Of a stretch of 49,573 bases of DNA, positions 15,362 through 23,849 are shown in pieces. A program made the translations under genes and the position numbers. Position 1 is the first letter of the stretch, and every line of letters starts with the position of its first letter. A model generated the notes under the pieces. The model ran no database searches. It was not told the origin of the DNA and worked only from the letters and a program-made list of their open reading frames with translations. This stretch comes from an uncultured bacterium (lineage in GTDB: Bacteria; Patescibacteriota; Minisyncoccia; UBA6257; 2-01-FULL-56-20): assembly GCA_963747905.1 (NCBI GenBank), contig CAVVHF010000025.1, positions 1-49,573 on the forward strand, read 5' to 3'.

Positions 15362-17413
15362 CTATATCTCTATCACCACCGGCAAGATCATCGGTCTCCG
15401 CTTGGTCTTTGTGTACAAGTATTGCCCGACCTGATCGCGCAACAACGTCTTCACGTAGTCCGGCTCCACCTCGCGGAAGTTCGGGATGCGCGTCATGAGG
15501 CCGCGGATACGTTTGCGAATTTCATCTAGGATTTCTTGGTTATCTTTTAGATAGATGAATCCACGCGAGATGATGTCGGGATTTTTGAGCAAGCGACCCT
15601 TGTCGCGGTCGATGGTAAGAATGATGACGAGCATCCCTTCCGCGGCGAGCGCGCGGCGGTCGCGCAAGACGACTTCTTCCACGTCGCCCACGCCGAGGCC
15701 GTCCACCATCACATAGTATGCGGGAACTTCTTCTTTCGTGACTTTGAAGGTGTCTTTTGTGAGCTCGGCGACCTGGCCGTTATCCATAAGTCGCACGTTG
15801 TCTTTCAACACGCCGGATTCGCGTGCGGTTATGCCGTTCGCGGCGCGCATGAAATAGTAACCGTGTATTGGCATTAGGAATTTTGGCTTGAGCAACTTGA
15901 TGACGAGCCCGATGTCGCCTTTTGGCGCGTGACCGGAAGAGTGAATGTCTACCAAAGCGGAGTGATAGACGATCGCGCCCTGGCGCGCGAGGTTGTCTTT
16001 GACCGTCTGCACGCTACGCTCGTTGCCCGGAATGACGGACGACGAGAGCACGAACGTGTCGCCCGGCTTGATCTTGATGGAGCGGTGTTCTCCGTTGATG
16101 ATCTTCATGAGGCCGGCGTTCGATTCGCCCTGCGCGCCAGTGGTGAGGATCAACACCTTATCATCTTTATATTTACTGATCTCCTCCACGGAGATGAGCG
16201 TGCCTTCCTTAGCTTTTACGAAGCCAAGGTTCTGCGCGATCTGGATGTTCGTCTTCATGGAGTAGCCGTTCAGTGCCACCTTGCGTCCGATCTTCTCGGC
16301 GATCTTGATGATTTCCGCGATGCGGGTGATGAGAGAAGAGAACGTGGCGACCGCGATGCGTCCTTTGGCGGCACGGAATATTTCCTCTAAATTTTTCTCA
16401 ACCGTTTTTTCCGAGACCGAATGCCCCGGCTTCTCGGCCGCGGTGGAATCCACCATAAAGGTGTGAACGCCCATCTTCCCGAGCTTTTCGAATTCTTCGA
16501 GGCCATGTGCATTGCCCTCGTCGTCGTAATCCAAGCGGAAATCCGCGAAGTGGACGATGTTGCCGATCGGCGTCTTCATCATTACGCCGGTGGTTTCCGG
16601 AATCGTGTGCGGCACGCCAAAGAACAGCGCGGTGAAGTTGTTCGAAAGTTTTATCTCGTCGCCATCCTTAACGAGCTGTATATTCATTTTTGGTGCGTTC
16701 GGAAAATCATCCGAGCGTTTTTCGATGATCGCTTTTGTGATGGACGTCGCGTAGATCGGCGGATTGCCGATTCGGGCAAGTACGTGCGGCAGTGCGCCGA
16801 TGTGATCGTAGTGGCCGTGTGTCAAGATAATGGCAGCGATGTTCTGCTTTTTCTTTTCGAGATATTCGACATTCGGAATAATGTAATCGATGCCGGGCGT
16901 CTCTTCCTCCGGGAACTGAAGCCCCATGTCGATGATTACGATTTCGTTCTTGTATTCAAGGAACGAGCAGTTGCGGCCGATTTCCTCCAGACCGCCGAGC
17001 GGCACGAGGCGCACCGCGTCAGGATTCGGCTTTTCGTTCGGATCATGCGCGACTTGCGGGCGGGGACCCATCTTTGAATGTTGCTGTTGCGTACCCGTTG
17101 CACGCGGTGCACCAGGGCCGTGCCGGTATTCGCGGCGCGCTTCGCGTTCTTCACGCGACCCTCCTCCTCCGGTATTGCCACTGCTGTGTTGTGGGCGTGG
17201 TTGCGAGCGAGCGGGGGATGGCCCCGGGCGGACGCCCGGGTGCTGCGGTGGACGCGGCCCTTGGCGCGCCAGTCGTGGCGGCGCAGTTGTTGGCCTGTTT
17301 GATATTGGCATCGGCGCACGAGGCCGAATCTCCGGCGGTTTTATGCGGGGACGCTCTTTTGGCGTGGGCGTTGATCCCACTGCGTTGTTATTATTTTCGT
17401 TCTTTTTAATCAT
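15362..17413 (-). CDS. rnj: Ribonuclease J with a ~130-aa Pro/Arg/Gly-rich N-terminal extension
   Basis: VRLVPLGGLEEIG, ILTHGHYDHIG (HxHxDH), beta-CASP and the C-terminal domain are present. Residues 1-132 are low-complexity. An alternative internal start (Met115, nt 17071) would give a standard-length protein. Confidence 0.88.
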   Translation of the reverse strand: MIKKNENNNNAVGSTPTPKERPRIKPPEIRPRAPMPISNRPTTAPPRLARQGPRPPQHPGVRPGPSPARSQPRPQHSSGNTGGGGSREEREARREYRHGPGAPRATGTQQQHSKMGPRPQVAHDPNEKPNPDAVRLVPLGGLEEIGRNCSFLEYKNEIVIIDMGLQFPEEETPGIDYIIPNVEYLEKKKQNIAAIILTHGHYDHIGALPHVLARIGNPPIYATSITKAIIEKRSDDFPNAPKMNIQLVKDGDEIKLSNNFTALFFGVPHTIPETTGVMMKTPIGNIVHFADFRLDYDDEGNAHGLEEFEKLGKMGVHTFMVDSTAAEKPGHSVSEKTVEKNLEEIFRAAKGRIAVATFSSLITRIAEIIKIAEKIGRKVALNGYSMKTNIQIAQNLGFVKAKEGTLISVEEISKYKDDKVLILTTGAQGESNAGLMKIINGEHRSIKIKPGDTFVLSSSVIPGNERSVQTVKDNLARQGAIVYHSALVDIHSSGHAPKGDIGLVIKLLKPKFLMPIHGYYFMRAANGITARESGVLKDNVRLMDNGQVAELTKDTFKVTKEEVPAYYVMVDGLGVGDVEEVVLRDRRALAAEGMLVIILTIDRDKGRLLKNPDIISRGFIYLKDNQEILDEIRKRIRGLMTRIPNFREVEPDYVKTLLRDQVGQYLYTKTKRRPMILPVVIEI

Positions 17414-17445
17414 GTTTGTACTACTGCTTAATTTTTATTTTATTT

Positions 17446-17856
17446 TTATTTAATTTCTACTTTTGCAATTTCTGCCCCGATCTTTTCCGTGATCGTTACC
17501 AGCGTTTTATCATCCATATGAGTCGCCCGTTCTGGGTTAAGCTCGTTCGGATTGTGGAGCGGCACCAGGTGCACGTGCGCGTGCGGCACCCCGAACCCTT
17601 CCACGGCGATTCCGATCTTCCTGGATCGCATCGCGTTTTGCAACGGCGTCGACAACGCCTTTGCGGTTTCAAATATGTTTTTATATTGTTCGTCTGGCAG
17701 GTTGAACACGCTCTCGATGTGTTCTTTGGGGATTATCAAAAGATGTCCGGGGTTAACGGGGTTCACATCCAAAAACACCAGAAAGTTTTCGTCTTCTTTT
17801 ATGATATGCGCCGGAATTTCTTTTCCGACTATTTTGCAGAAAATGCAATCAACCAT
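17446..17856 (-). CDS. HIT-family (histidine triad) nucleotide hydrolase
   Basis: CIFCKIV...PVNPGHLLIIPKEH...GVPHAHVHLVP carries the HxHxHxx triad. Confidence 0.9.
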   Translation of the reverse strand: MVDCIFCKIVGKEIPAHIIKEDENFLVFLDVNPVNPGHLLIIPKEHIESVFNLPDEQYKNIFETAKALSTPLQNAMRSRKIGIAVEGFGVPHAHVHLVPLHNPNELNPERATHMDDKTLVTITEKIGAEIAKVEIK

Positions 17857-17862
17857 GAAATA

Positions 17863-17868
17863 ATATTA
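17863..17868 (-). promoter_or_regulatory. -10-like box TAATAT 6 nt upstream of the HIT ATG (leaderless-type)
   Basis: The minus strand reads TAATAT-TATTTC-ATG(17856), immediately downstream of tRNA-Leu. Confidence 0.4.
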
Positions 17869-17870
17869 TG

Positions 17871-17954
17871 TGCTGGAGAGGGGAGTCGAACCCCTATGAT
17901 CTTGCGATCGCTGGCACCTGAAGCCAGTGCGTCTGCCAGTTCCGCCACCCCAGC
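17871..17954 (-). tRNA. tRNA-Leu (anticodon CAG), class II with long variable arm; no encoded CCA
   Basis: The minus strand reads GCTGGGGTGGCGGAACTGGCAGACGCACTGGCTTCAGGTGCCAGCGATCGCAAGATCATAGGGGTTCGACTCCCCTCTCCAGCA. The 7-bp acceptor (one G-U), D arm GCG/CGC, anticodon loop TTCAGGT and T arm AGGGG-TTCGACT-CCCCT are all present. Confidence 0.9.
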
Positions 17955-18027
17955 GTGTCAAAGGAGGATCGGTCTTAGTGATTGAAGTATAACATGAGGA
18001 GATATCAAAAGTCAATAATTCTAAGTG

Positions 18028-19683
18028 CTATTTTAGCACTCTTGCTGTGTTCAGATACCAACTCTCGATCTCTCTGAACCGGTCCGAGGGATTGGTGAGC
18101 AGCGTGGAGGTAGAGACGCCCTGTACGTTTTTGTTGGTCACGTAGACGTAGTCTGGGGAGTAGAGGAAGATGGCGGGGTAACCCGCAACAATGTCCGCCT
18201 GCGCGACGGCGAGCTCCTGCGACGACGACGCGGCATTCGGATTCTGTCGCGCGTGTTCAATGAGCGAATTCACGTTGGAATTGTTATAGAGCGAAAGATT
18301 GAGCCCCGGCGCGAAGTCTTGTGATGAATCCCAGAACGAGTAGAGGTCCGAGCTCGGACCGAGCACGTTGCCAAAGAGTAGTGATTCGTAATTGCGCGCG
18401 GGGATGATGTTGTTCACGATGTCATTCGACGGATCCGGCGTGATGTTGACCTGCACGCCGATGGCTTGCCACGCGCTTTGGAGGTATTCGGCGGTGCTGG
18501 TAAGGAAATCGATTTGCGGCACGGTAAGGTTGACGACGAGCGGGACGACGACGCCCTTGATCGTCTTCGACCGGAATACGCTTGAGCTGCTGACGGTCCA
18601 GCCGGCGTTGTCGAGCAAGTTTTCGGCGAAGGTGGTAGAGGCGGCGGTGTTACTCGCGACGGCGCTGTTATAATTCGCCGCGCCTTGCGGGACTGGCCCG
18701 TATTCCAGCGTGCCATTGCCACCCAGCGCCGCGCTCACGAGCGCGTTTCGATCAAGCGTCTCGGAAAGCGCCTCGCGCACGGCGGGGTCTTGCAGGCCGA
18801 GGTTTACGCTCTGATTAAAGAACACGGCGTAGTACGCAGACGTGGGCCACGCAAACGTGTTGCCCGGGCGAGTGATTTTTGTGATGTCCTTTGGAGAGAC
18901 GTTGCCGAATCCGTCGATTGTCCCGTTATTGAAGCTTTGCACGAGCGCATTCTCGTCGCTGAAGAAATCAAAATTGAAATTTTGGATGAGTGGATGCACC
19001 TCGATCGTTCCATCCCACGCGGCAAGCTGGTAGGAAGAAATAAATCCGTCGCTGTTTTTATCGTATGAAACAAATTGATAGGGGCCCGAGCCAACCGGTT
19101 TGAGATTGTAATCCGACAGATGCCAGTTGCCCGGCGGCGTGTCGGCAAAAAGATGTTTCGGTAAAATATATAAATTGTTGAGTGTGTCGCCGAAGAACGC
19201 ATAGGGATTGGAAAGGGTAAACTGTACTTCGAGTTCGCTCACGCGGCTGACCGTTACCCCCTGCCATGATTGGTAGAGCGGGGAGTTGGCGTCCGGGTTC
19301 TGGATGGAATTCACAGTAAATACCACGTCGTCACTCGTCAGTTGTTGGCCGTCTTGCCACGTAAGCCCCTGCTTCAACCGAACGTCCCACGTCTTAAGAT
19401 CAGCGGACGGCGTGATGTTGTCGGAAAGGTCGGAGAGATTGCTATAAATCATCTCGACGAGATCAAGATCGGTCTGCGATGACGCGATGACGGGGTTGAT
19501 GTACTCCGGCTGGCCGAGTATGCCCTCGGTATATTCACCGCCGGCGGCGGGAACGGCGCGCGTCGTTTGCGCGATCACAAATCCCACGACGACCGCAAAA
19601 CTTATGACTGTCCCCGCGAGAGCGAGAACGAGGGTAGTGCGTTCTTTTTTAGTGAGCGCCGCGAAGATCTTTTTGAACCACAT
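18028..19683 (-). CDS. ABC-transporter substrate-binding protein, family 5 (peptide/nickel type), membrane-anchored, orphan
   Basis: 551 aa with an N-terminal TM anchor. GGEYTEGILGQPEYINP and the overall length are typical of SBP_bac_5. There are no adjacent permease or ATPase genes. Confidence 0.75.
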   Translation of the reverse strand: MWFKKIFAALTKKERTTLVLALAGTVISFAVVVGFVIAQTTRAVPAAGGEYTEGILGQPEYINPVIASSQTDLDLVEMIYSNLSDLSDNITPSADLKTWDVRLKQGLTWQDGQQLTSDDVVFTVNSIQNPDANSPLYQSWQGVTVSRVSELEVQFTLSNPYAFFGDTLNNLYILPKHLFADTPPGNWHLSDYNLKPVGSGPYQFVSYDKNSDGFISSYQLAAWDGTIEVHPLIQNFNFDFFSDENALVQSFNNGTIDGFGNVSPKDITKITRPGNTFAWPTSAYYAVFFNQSVNLGLQDPAVREALSETLDRNALVSAALGGNGTLEYGPVPQGAANYNSAVASNTAASTTFAENLLDNAGWTVSSSSVFRSKTIKGVVVPLVVNLTVPQIDFLTSTAEYLQSAWQAIGVQVNITPDPSNDIVNNIIPARNYESLLFGNVLGPSSDLYSFWDSSQDFAPGLNLSLYNNSNVNSLIEHARQNPNAASSSQELAVAQADIVAGYPAIFLYSPDYVYVTNKNVQGVSTSTLLTNPSDRFREIESWYLNTARVLK

Positions 19684-19689
19684 ATAAAA

Positions 19690-19695
19690 AGTTTA
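19690..19695 (-). promoter_or_regulatory. -10-like box TAAACT 6 nt upstream of the SBP ATG (leaderless-type)
   Basis: The minus strand reads TAAACT-TTTTAT-ATG(19683). Confidence 0.4.
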
Positions 19696-19727
19696 GCGCA
19701 CTTATACTTTGCGCGCCTGTGCGCCGA

Positions 19728-19949
19728 TTAGTGCACTTGGATGAAAAGCTGGTAGACCGCGAGTGCAACGAAGATCACCGCAAGGACGATTGTGGAATAG
19801 AAGATCAGTTTCTCCATGCCGCGCCGCGCCTGGTAGTATCCCTCGCCGCTACCGCCCAAAAGGCCCGACATGCCGGAAGACCGCTCCTGCAAAAGGATGA
19901 GCGTGATGATGACGACGGAAAGAATGATCTGGATGATGGCAACGGTCAT
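19728..19949 (-). CDS. secG: Preprotein translocase subunit SecG
   Basis: 73 aa with two TM helices separated by LLQERSSGMSGLLGGSG, the Gly-rich loop typical of SecG. Confidence 0.8.
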   Translation of the reverse strand: MTVAIIQIILSVVIITLILLQERSSGMSGLLGGSGEGYYQARRGMEKLIFYSTIVLAVIFVALAVYQLFIQVH

Positions 19950-19953
19950 AAGT

Positions 19954-20331
19954 TTATAGTGCGAGGTGGATAAAGAAGTTAATAATGCTGACGATAAGCG
20001 TGGCGAAGAAGAGCGTGGAGAAGAAGTTTGCAGGCTCTATGATAATACTTCCGTGCAGGATGTCAATGTGATTGGCGATGATGGGGAGGAGATAGAGGAT
20101 GATGCCGTTCACAATGAGAATGCCAAGCCCGAGGGTGAGGATGATAATCGGACCGAGTACGAGCGTGAGAATCGGTTTCAACAGGAAGTTGAGTAGGGAG
20201 AGCACGAGCGCAATGAGTACGAGCGTAATCCAATTGCCGCCCAATATAAAGCCGGGGACCCACAGATACGCCAGCCACAACGCGAGCGCGTTGCCGCCCA
20301 CTATTATTACGAGACGCGCGAGCCAATGCAT
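19954..20331 (-). CDS. Phage_holin_4_2 / YvlD-like 4-TM membrane protein
   Basis: GNALALWLAYLWVPGF...LVLSLLNFLLKPILTLVLGPIIILTLGLGILIVNGIILYL matches the YvlD (DUF360) pattern. Confidence 0.65.
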   Translation of the reverse strand: MHWLARLVIIVGGNALALWLAYLWVPGFILGGNWITLVLIALVLSLLNFLLKPILTLVLGPIIILTLGLGILIVNGIILYLLPIIANHIDILHGSIIIEPANFFSTLFFATLIVSIINFFIHLAL

Positions 20332-20337
20332 AGTTCT

Positions 20338-20346
20338 ATTATAGCA
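20338..20346 (-). promoter_or_regulatory. Extended -10 box TGCTATAAT 6 nt upstream of the holin-like ATG (leaderless-type)
   Basis: The minus strand reads TGCTATAAT-AGAACT-ATG(20331), within the 20-nt gap after the gpmI stop. Confidence 0.5.
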
Positions 20347-20351
20347 TGCGC

Positions 20352-21887
20352 CTATATCAGCCCGTCCATCAAACTGTTTCCAGTCATATCCTGCGGCTTT
20401 GGGATCCCCATCAGTGCGAGGATCGTCGGCGCCACGTCAGCGAGAGAGCCGAGTGTTTCGAGCGCCAGGCGGTCGGCGTTCACGAATTTTTTCCCGCGAT
20501 ATTCCTGGGCGACGAGATAGAATGGTACGGGGCTGGCGTCATGTTGGCTTTCCGGCTCGCCAGTCACTTCGTTAATCATTTCCTCAATGTTGCCATGATC
20601 GGCGGTAATGAAGAGTAATGTGTCGGGATTGTCCGCGGCTTTCACAACGCGCGCGACTTGCGCGTCGAGCACTTTGATCGCCTCGAGCGCGGCATTGAAG
20701 TTTGCGGTATGCGCAATCGTATCAGCATTCGCGTAATTGACGAGGATAAAATCAAACCCGCGACTTTGGATTGCTTCCACAAGGCGGTCAGTGATGGCGC
20801 CGGCCATCATCTCCGGATGCTCATCCGGGCGCGGGCCGGTATTGGACGGCACGAGCGTGCGATATTCTCCTTTGAACGGCGGCTCGCGCAGGCCATTGAA
20901 AAAATAGGTGACGTGCGCGTACTTGTATGTTTCCGCCAGGCGTAGTTGGGTAAGCCCGGCATCGCTCAATACTTTTCCGATTGGATCCTTCACGGTGTCC
21001 GCGGGGAACGCGACGGGCACGTCGAACGCATCATCGTAATGGGTAAACGTCGCGACGTATAAATTATTGAACGTCGCGCGCGGAAAAAAATTGAAATCTT
21101 TTGTAATGAACGACGACGCAAGCTGGCGAATACTGTCCTCGCGATAATTAAAGAACACGAGCGCATCGCCGTCGGTCACTTTTTTATCTTCCGCGAAACG
21201 GAGAGCTGGCAGATATTCTTCAGTGGAGCCTTGTTTGTATGTGGCTTCAATGGTGGCCGTGGGATCGGTAACGAGCATGCCGCTCGTGCCGATCATCGCT
21301 TCGTACGCGGTCTGCGTGAGTCGCCAATTCTGGTTGCGATCCATCGCATAATAGCGGCCGACGAGCGTTGCCAAATATTCTTTCGGCACTTCATCCAGAA
21401 ATTTTTCAATAGAGCGCGGCGGACTGTCCTCGCCGTCCGCAAAAAGATGGAGATTTATTTTCATGATGCCCTCCTCCTGCGCCATCTTGATGAGCGCGCG
21501 CAAATGATCGAGCGACGCGTGCACGTTTGCTTTGGTGAGTAGGCCGGCGAAGTTGATCGCGCCGCCGCTTTCGCGTGCGTGCGCACATGCGGCTTTCAGT
21601 ACGGCGTTCTCAAAGAATGTGCCATTCTGGATAGCCATCGTGATCTTTGGATAATACTGATAGACGACTTTGCCGGCGCCGAGCGTGAGGTGGCCGACCT
21701 CGCTGTTACCGGTCTCGCCCCACGGAAGCCCGACGGCGATGCCGGAAGCTTGCAGGCTCGTGAGTGGATAATTTTCCGCGAGCCACGCGAACGTTGGCGG
21801 CTTTCCCACAAAGACAGGGTTTGTATGGTCGTTCCGGCCGATACCCCAGCCGTCGAGCACTATCAACACCGCGGTTTTCTTTGCCAT
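20352..21887 (-). CDS. gpmI: 2,3-bisphosphoglycerate-independent phosphoglycerate mutase
   Basis: 511 aa with VLIVLDGWGIG, SEVGHLTLGAG and ITADHGN, the metal and Ser-phosphotransfer motifs of iPGM. Confidence 0.95.
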   Translation of the reverse strand: MAKKTAVLIVLDGWGIGRNDHTNPVFVGKPPTFAWLAENYPLTSLQASGIAVGLPWGETGNSEVGHLTLGAGKVVYQYYPKITMAIQNGTFFENAVLKAACAHARESGGAINFAGLLTKANVHASLDHLRALIKMAQEEGIMKINLHLFADGEDSPPRSIEKFLDEVPKEYLATLVGRYYAMDRNQNWRLTQTAYEAMIGTSGMLVTDPTATIEATYKQGSTEEYLPALRFAEDKKVTDGDALVFFNYREDSIRQLASSFITKDFNFFPRATFNNLYVATFTHYDDAFDVPVAFPADTVKDPIGKVLSDAGLTQLRLAETYKYAHVTYFFNGLREPPFKGEYRTLVPSNTGPRPDEHPEMMAGAITDRLVEAIQSRGFDFILVNYANADTIAHTANFNAALEAIKVLDAQVARVVKAADNPDTLLFITADHGNIEEMINEVTGEPESQHDASPVPFYLVAQEYRGKKFVNADRLALETLGSLADVAPTILALMGIPKPQDMTGNSLMDGLI

Positions 21888-21893
21888 TGCTTT

Positions 21894-21899
21894 ATTCTA
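21894..21899 (-). promoter_or_regulatory. -10-like box TAGAAT 6 nt upstream of the gpmI ATG (leaderless-type)
   Basis: The minus strand reads TAGAAT-AAAGCA-ATG(21887). Confidence 0.45.
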
Positions 21900-21924
21900 G
21901 ATGAAACGAGGGGTTTGGCATAGC

Positions 21925-22160
21925 AACACAAACACAAAAGACCCAAGGATGGGTCTTTTGTGTTTGATCCAGCGTGGTGCTGGAATCCGGCTCGCCGCCG
22001 GGTATGTTCACTGTAGTAAAACCAAAATTATCATCAACTTTCTTTTAATGATTATTTAACATTCCCTAATGGCGGCGGAGGGGAGACCAAAAAATGATAG
22101 ACAAAACCCGGAGATCCCGGGTGACGAGCCAGATTCCGCAACTATGCCGCTCCCACCACG
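21925..22160 (-). ncRNA. Candidate structured noncoding RNA (~235 nt), class unknown
   Basis: - A TAGAAT box lies 6 nt upstream of the predicted 5' end GUGGUGG.
- 22155..22161 pairs with 21974..21980.
- A 13-bp helix joins 21983..21995 to 22126..22138; its single non-Watson-Crick pair is G-U only on the minus strand.
- A local hairpin lies at 22107..22123.
- The unit ends at the 21929..21967 terminator.
- It contains no ORF longer than ~12 codons. Confidence 0.35.
21929..21967. terminator. Hairpin with U-rich tails on both strands (bidirectional terminator-like)
   Basis: CAAACAC+AAAAGACCCA (21929..21945) pairs with TGGGTCTTTT+G-bulge+GTGTTTG (21950..21967). On the minus strand it is followed by TGTGTTG. 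Confidence 0.6.
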
Positions 22161-22166
22161 AAGGCA

Positions 22167-22172
22167 TTCTAA
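22167..22172 (-). promoter_or_regulatory. -10-like box TAGAAT for the candidate ncRNA
   Basis: The minus strand reads TAGAAT-GCCTTC-GTGGTGGGAG. The spacing matches the -10-to-start distance seen at the leaderless genes. Confidence 0.35.
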
Positions 22173-22206
22173 CTGATTGTCCATTAAAACTATCTAAAAC
22201 GATTTC

Positions 22207-22236
22207 TTGACCAAGCCGCCTGTTTTGCGCTATCAT
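22207..22236 (+). promoter_or_regulatory. Sigma-70-like promoter upstream of rny
   Basis: TTGACC (22207..22212), 18-nt spacer, TATCAT (22231..22236). About 50 nt of leader precedes ATG 22292. Confidence 0.45.
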
Positions 22237-22291
22237 AAAGGCAATTAAAAGTCATTAAACTCGATGAAACCTTCGGGAACTAACTATTATT

Positions 22292-23788
22292 ATGGAAATA
22301 ACCTATATAGCGCTCGGCGCAGTGGTGTTTTTGGCGGTAGGGGTAGTCGCGGGATATCTCGCACGCAGATATTCGGGGGCAAATAAGCTCGCCGAAGCGG
22401 AAACGAAGGCAAAAGAAATTATTTTAGAGGCAAAAGAAAAAGCTGCCTCGCTTTCGGTTGAGTTAAAGAACGAAGAAAAGGATCGCCGCAAGGAGATCGA
22501 TGCGCTTGAGGCGCGGGTGTTGCATCGCGAAGAAACGTTGGATAAAAAACTGACGGACCTTTCCGCAGAAGAAGGGAAGCTTCGCGCGCGCGAGGAAGGC
22601 GCGAAGGCAAAAGAAGAGACGGTTGCCAAAAAAGAGAACGAGATCGAGTCGCGCATTGAGAAAATCGGCAATCTTTCTGTCGCGGAAGCGAAGGAAGAGA
22701 TTCTGCGGCGCGCAAAGGAAGATCGCTCGAATGATCTTGCGCAGTCGATCCAGAAGATCGATCGCGAGAACCGCGAGGAGGTGGAAAAGCGGGCTAATGA
22801 TATCATCACGATCGCGTTGCAGCGCTACGCGCGTTCACATGTGGCCGAAATGACGACGACGATGTTCCATCTGGAGGACGAAGACATAAAAGGCAAGATC
22901 ATTGGCCGCGAAGGGCGCAACATCCGTGCACTTGAGCGCGCCACCGGCGTTGAATTTATCATTGACGAGGCGCCGGACGCGATCATTATCTCGTCGTTCG
23001 ACCCGTTCCGCCGCGAAGTTGCGCGCCTCGCGCTCGAAAGGCTCGTGAAAGATGGCCGTATCCAGCCGGCGAAGATTGAGGAGAGCGTAGAGGCGGCGAA
23101 AGCCGACCTCGTCAAGCGTACGCAGGAGATTGGCGAGCAGGCCGCACAGGATCTTGGTGTATTTGATCTTCCTAAAGAATTACTCCAGATGATCGGGCGT
23201 CTGCACTTTCGCACGAGCTATGGTCAAAATGTACTCGTGCACTCGACCGAGATGGCATACATCGCGGAAATGATGGCGCGCGAGCTCGGCTTGAATGCCG
23301 AGGTGGCAAAGAAGGGCGCATTGCTCCACGATATCGGCAAAGCGATTGATCACGAAGTTGAGGGGACGCATGTGGAGCTTGGCATGAAGCTGTTGCGCAA
23401 GTACAACATCGATGAGCGTGTCATCGAGGCGATGCAATCGCATCACGACGATTATCCATATGCCCGGCCGGAGGCTTACGTGGTCACCGCGGCAGACGTT
23501 CTGTCCGCAGCTCGCCCGGGCGCTCGGCGTGGCACGTTGGAGAACTACGTAAAGCGCCTCGCGGACCTGGAAAAGATCGCGAGCGATTTCGCTGGAGTAA
23601 AGAGCGCGTACGCAATCGCCGCTGGCCGCGAGCTTCGCGTCTTTGTCATCCCGGAAAAGGTGGACGATTTTCGCGCGCTTGAACTGGCGCGTGAGATTGC
23701 CAACAAGATACAAACGGAGTTAAAATATCCTGGTGAGATAAAAGTGAATGTGATCCGCGAGATGCGGGCAGTGGAATATGCCCGCTAG
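22292..23788 (+). CDS. rny: Ribonuclease Y
   Basis: N-terminal TM helix, a long Glu/Lys coiled coil, the KH domain (GKIIGREGRNIRALERATGVEFIID) and the HD domain (HSTEMAYIAEMMA...LLHDIGKA). Confidence 0.95.
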   Translation: MEITYIALGAVVFLAVGVVAGYLARRYSGANKLAEAETKAKEIILEAKEKAASLSVELKNEEKDRRKEIDALEARVLHREETLDKKLTDLSAEEGKLRAREEGAKAKEETVAKKENEIESRIEKIGNLSVAEAKEEILRRAKEDRSNDLAQSIQKIDRENREEVEKRANDIITIALQRYARSHVAEMTTTMFHLEDEDIKGKIIGREGRNIRALERATGVEFIIDEAPDAIIISSFDPFRREVARLALERLVKDGRIQPAKIEESVEAAKADLVKRTQEIGEQAAQDLGVFDLPKELLQMIGRLHFRTSYGQNVLVHSTEMAYIAEMMARELGLNAEVAKKGALLHDIGKAIDHEVEGTHVELGMKLLRKYNIDERVIEAMQSHHDDYPYARPEAYVVTAADVLSAARPGARRGTLENYVKRLADLEKIASDFAGVKSAYAIAAGRELRVFVIPEKVDDFRALELAREIANKIQTELKYPGEIKVNVIREMRAVEYAR

Positions 23789-23849
23789 CGACGGCCCGAC
23801 CGCAGGCGCTCGCGCGTAAAAATACAATTGTGATACAATAAACCCATCC

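Noticed and set aside
16421-17453. Multiple overlapping ORFs (both strands) across the rnj 5' region
   Set aside because: They are Arg/Pro/Gly/Ala-rich frames typical of GC-rich coding DNA read out of frame, and none has recognisable motifs. The RNase J frame explains the region.
18028-19683. The orphan family-5 substrate-binding protein as evidence of a degraded ABC operon
   Set aside because: There are no permease or ATPase remnants in the flanks, which hold tRNA-Leu and secG. A lone membrane-anchored SBP with its own leaderless-type promoter looks intact. I note it but do not pursue it.
19966-19973. DnaA-box-like GTGGATAA
   Set aside because: It is a single 8/9 match inside the secG/holin-like junction. 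There is no cluster of boxes and no adjacent AT-rich unwinding element or dnaA gene, so this is not an origin.
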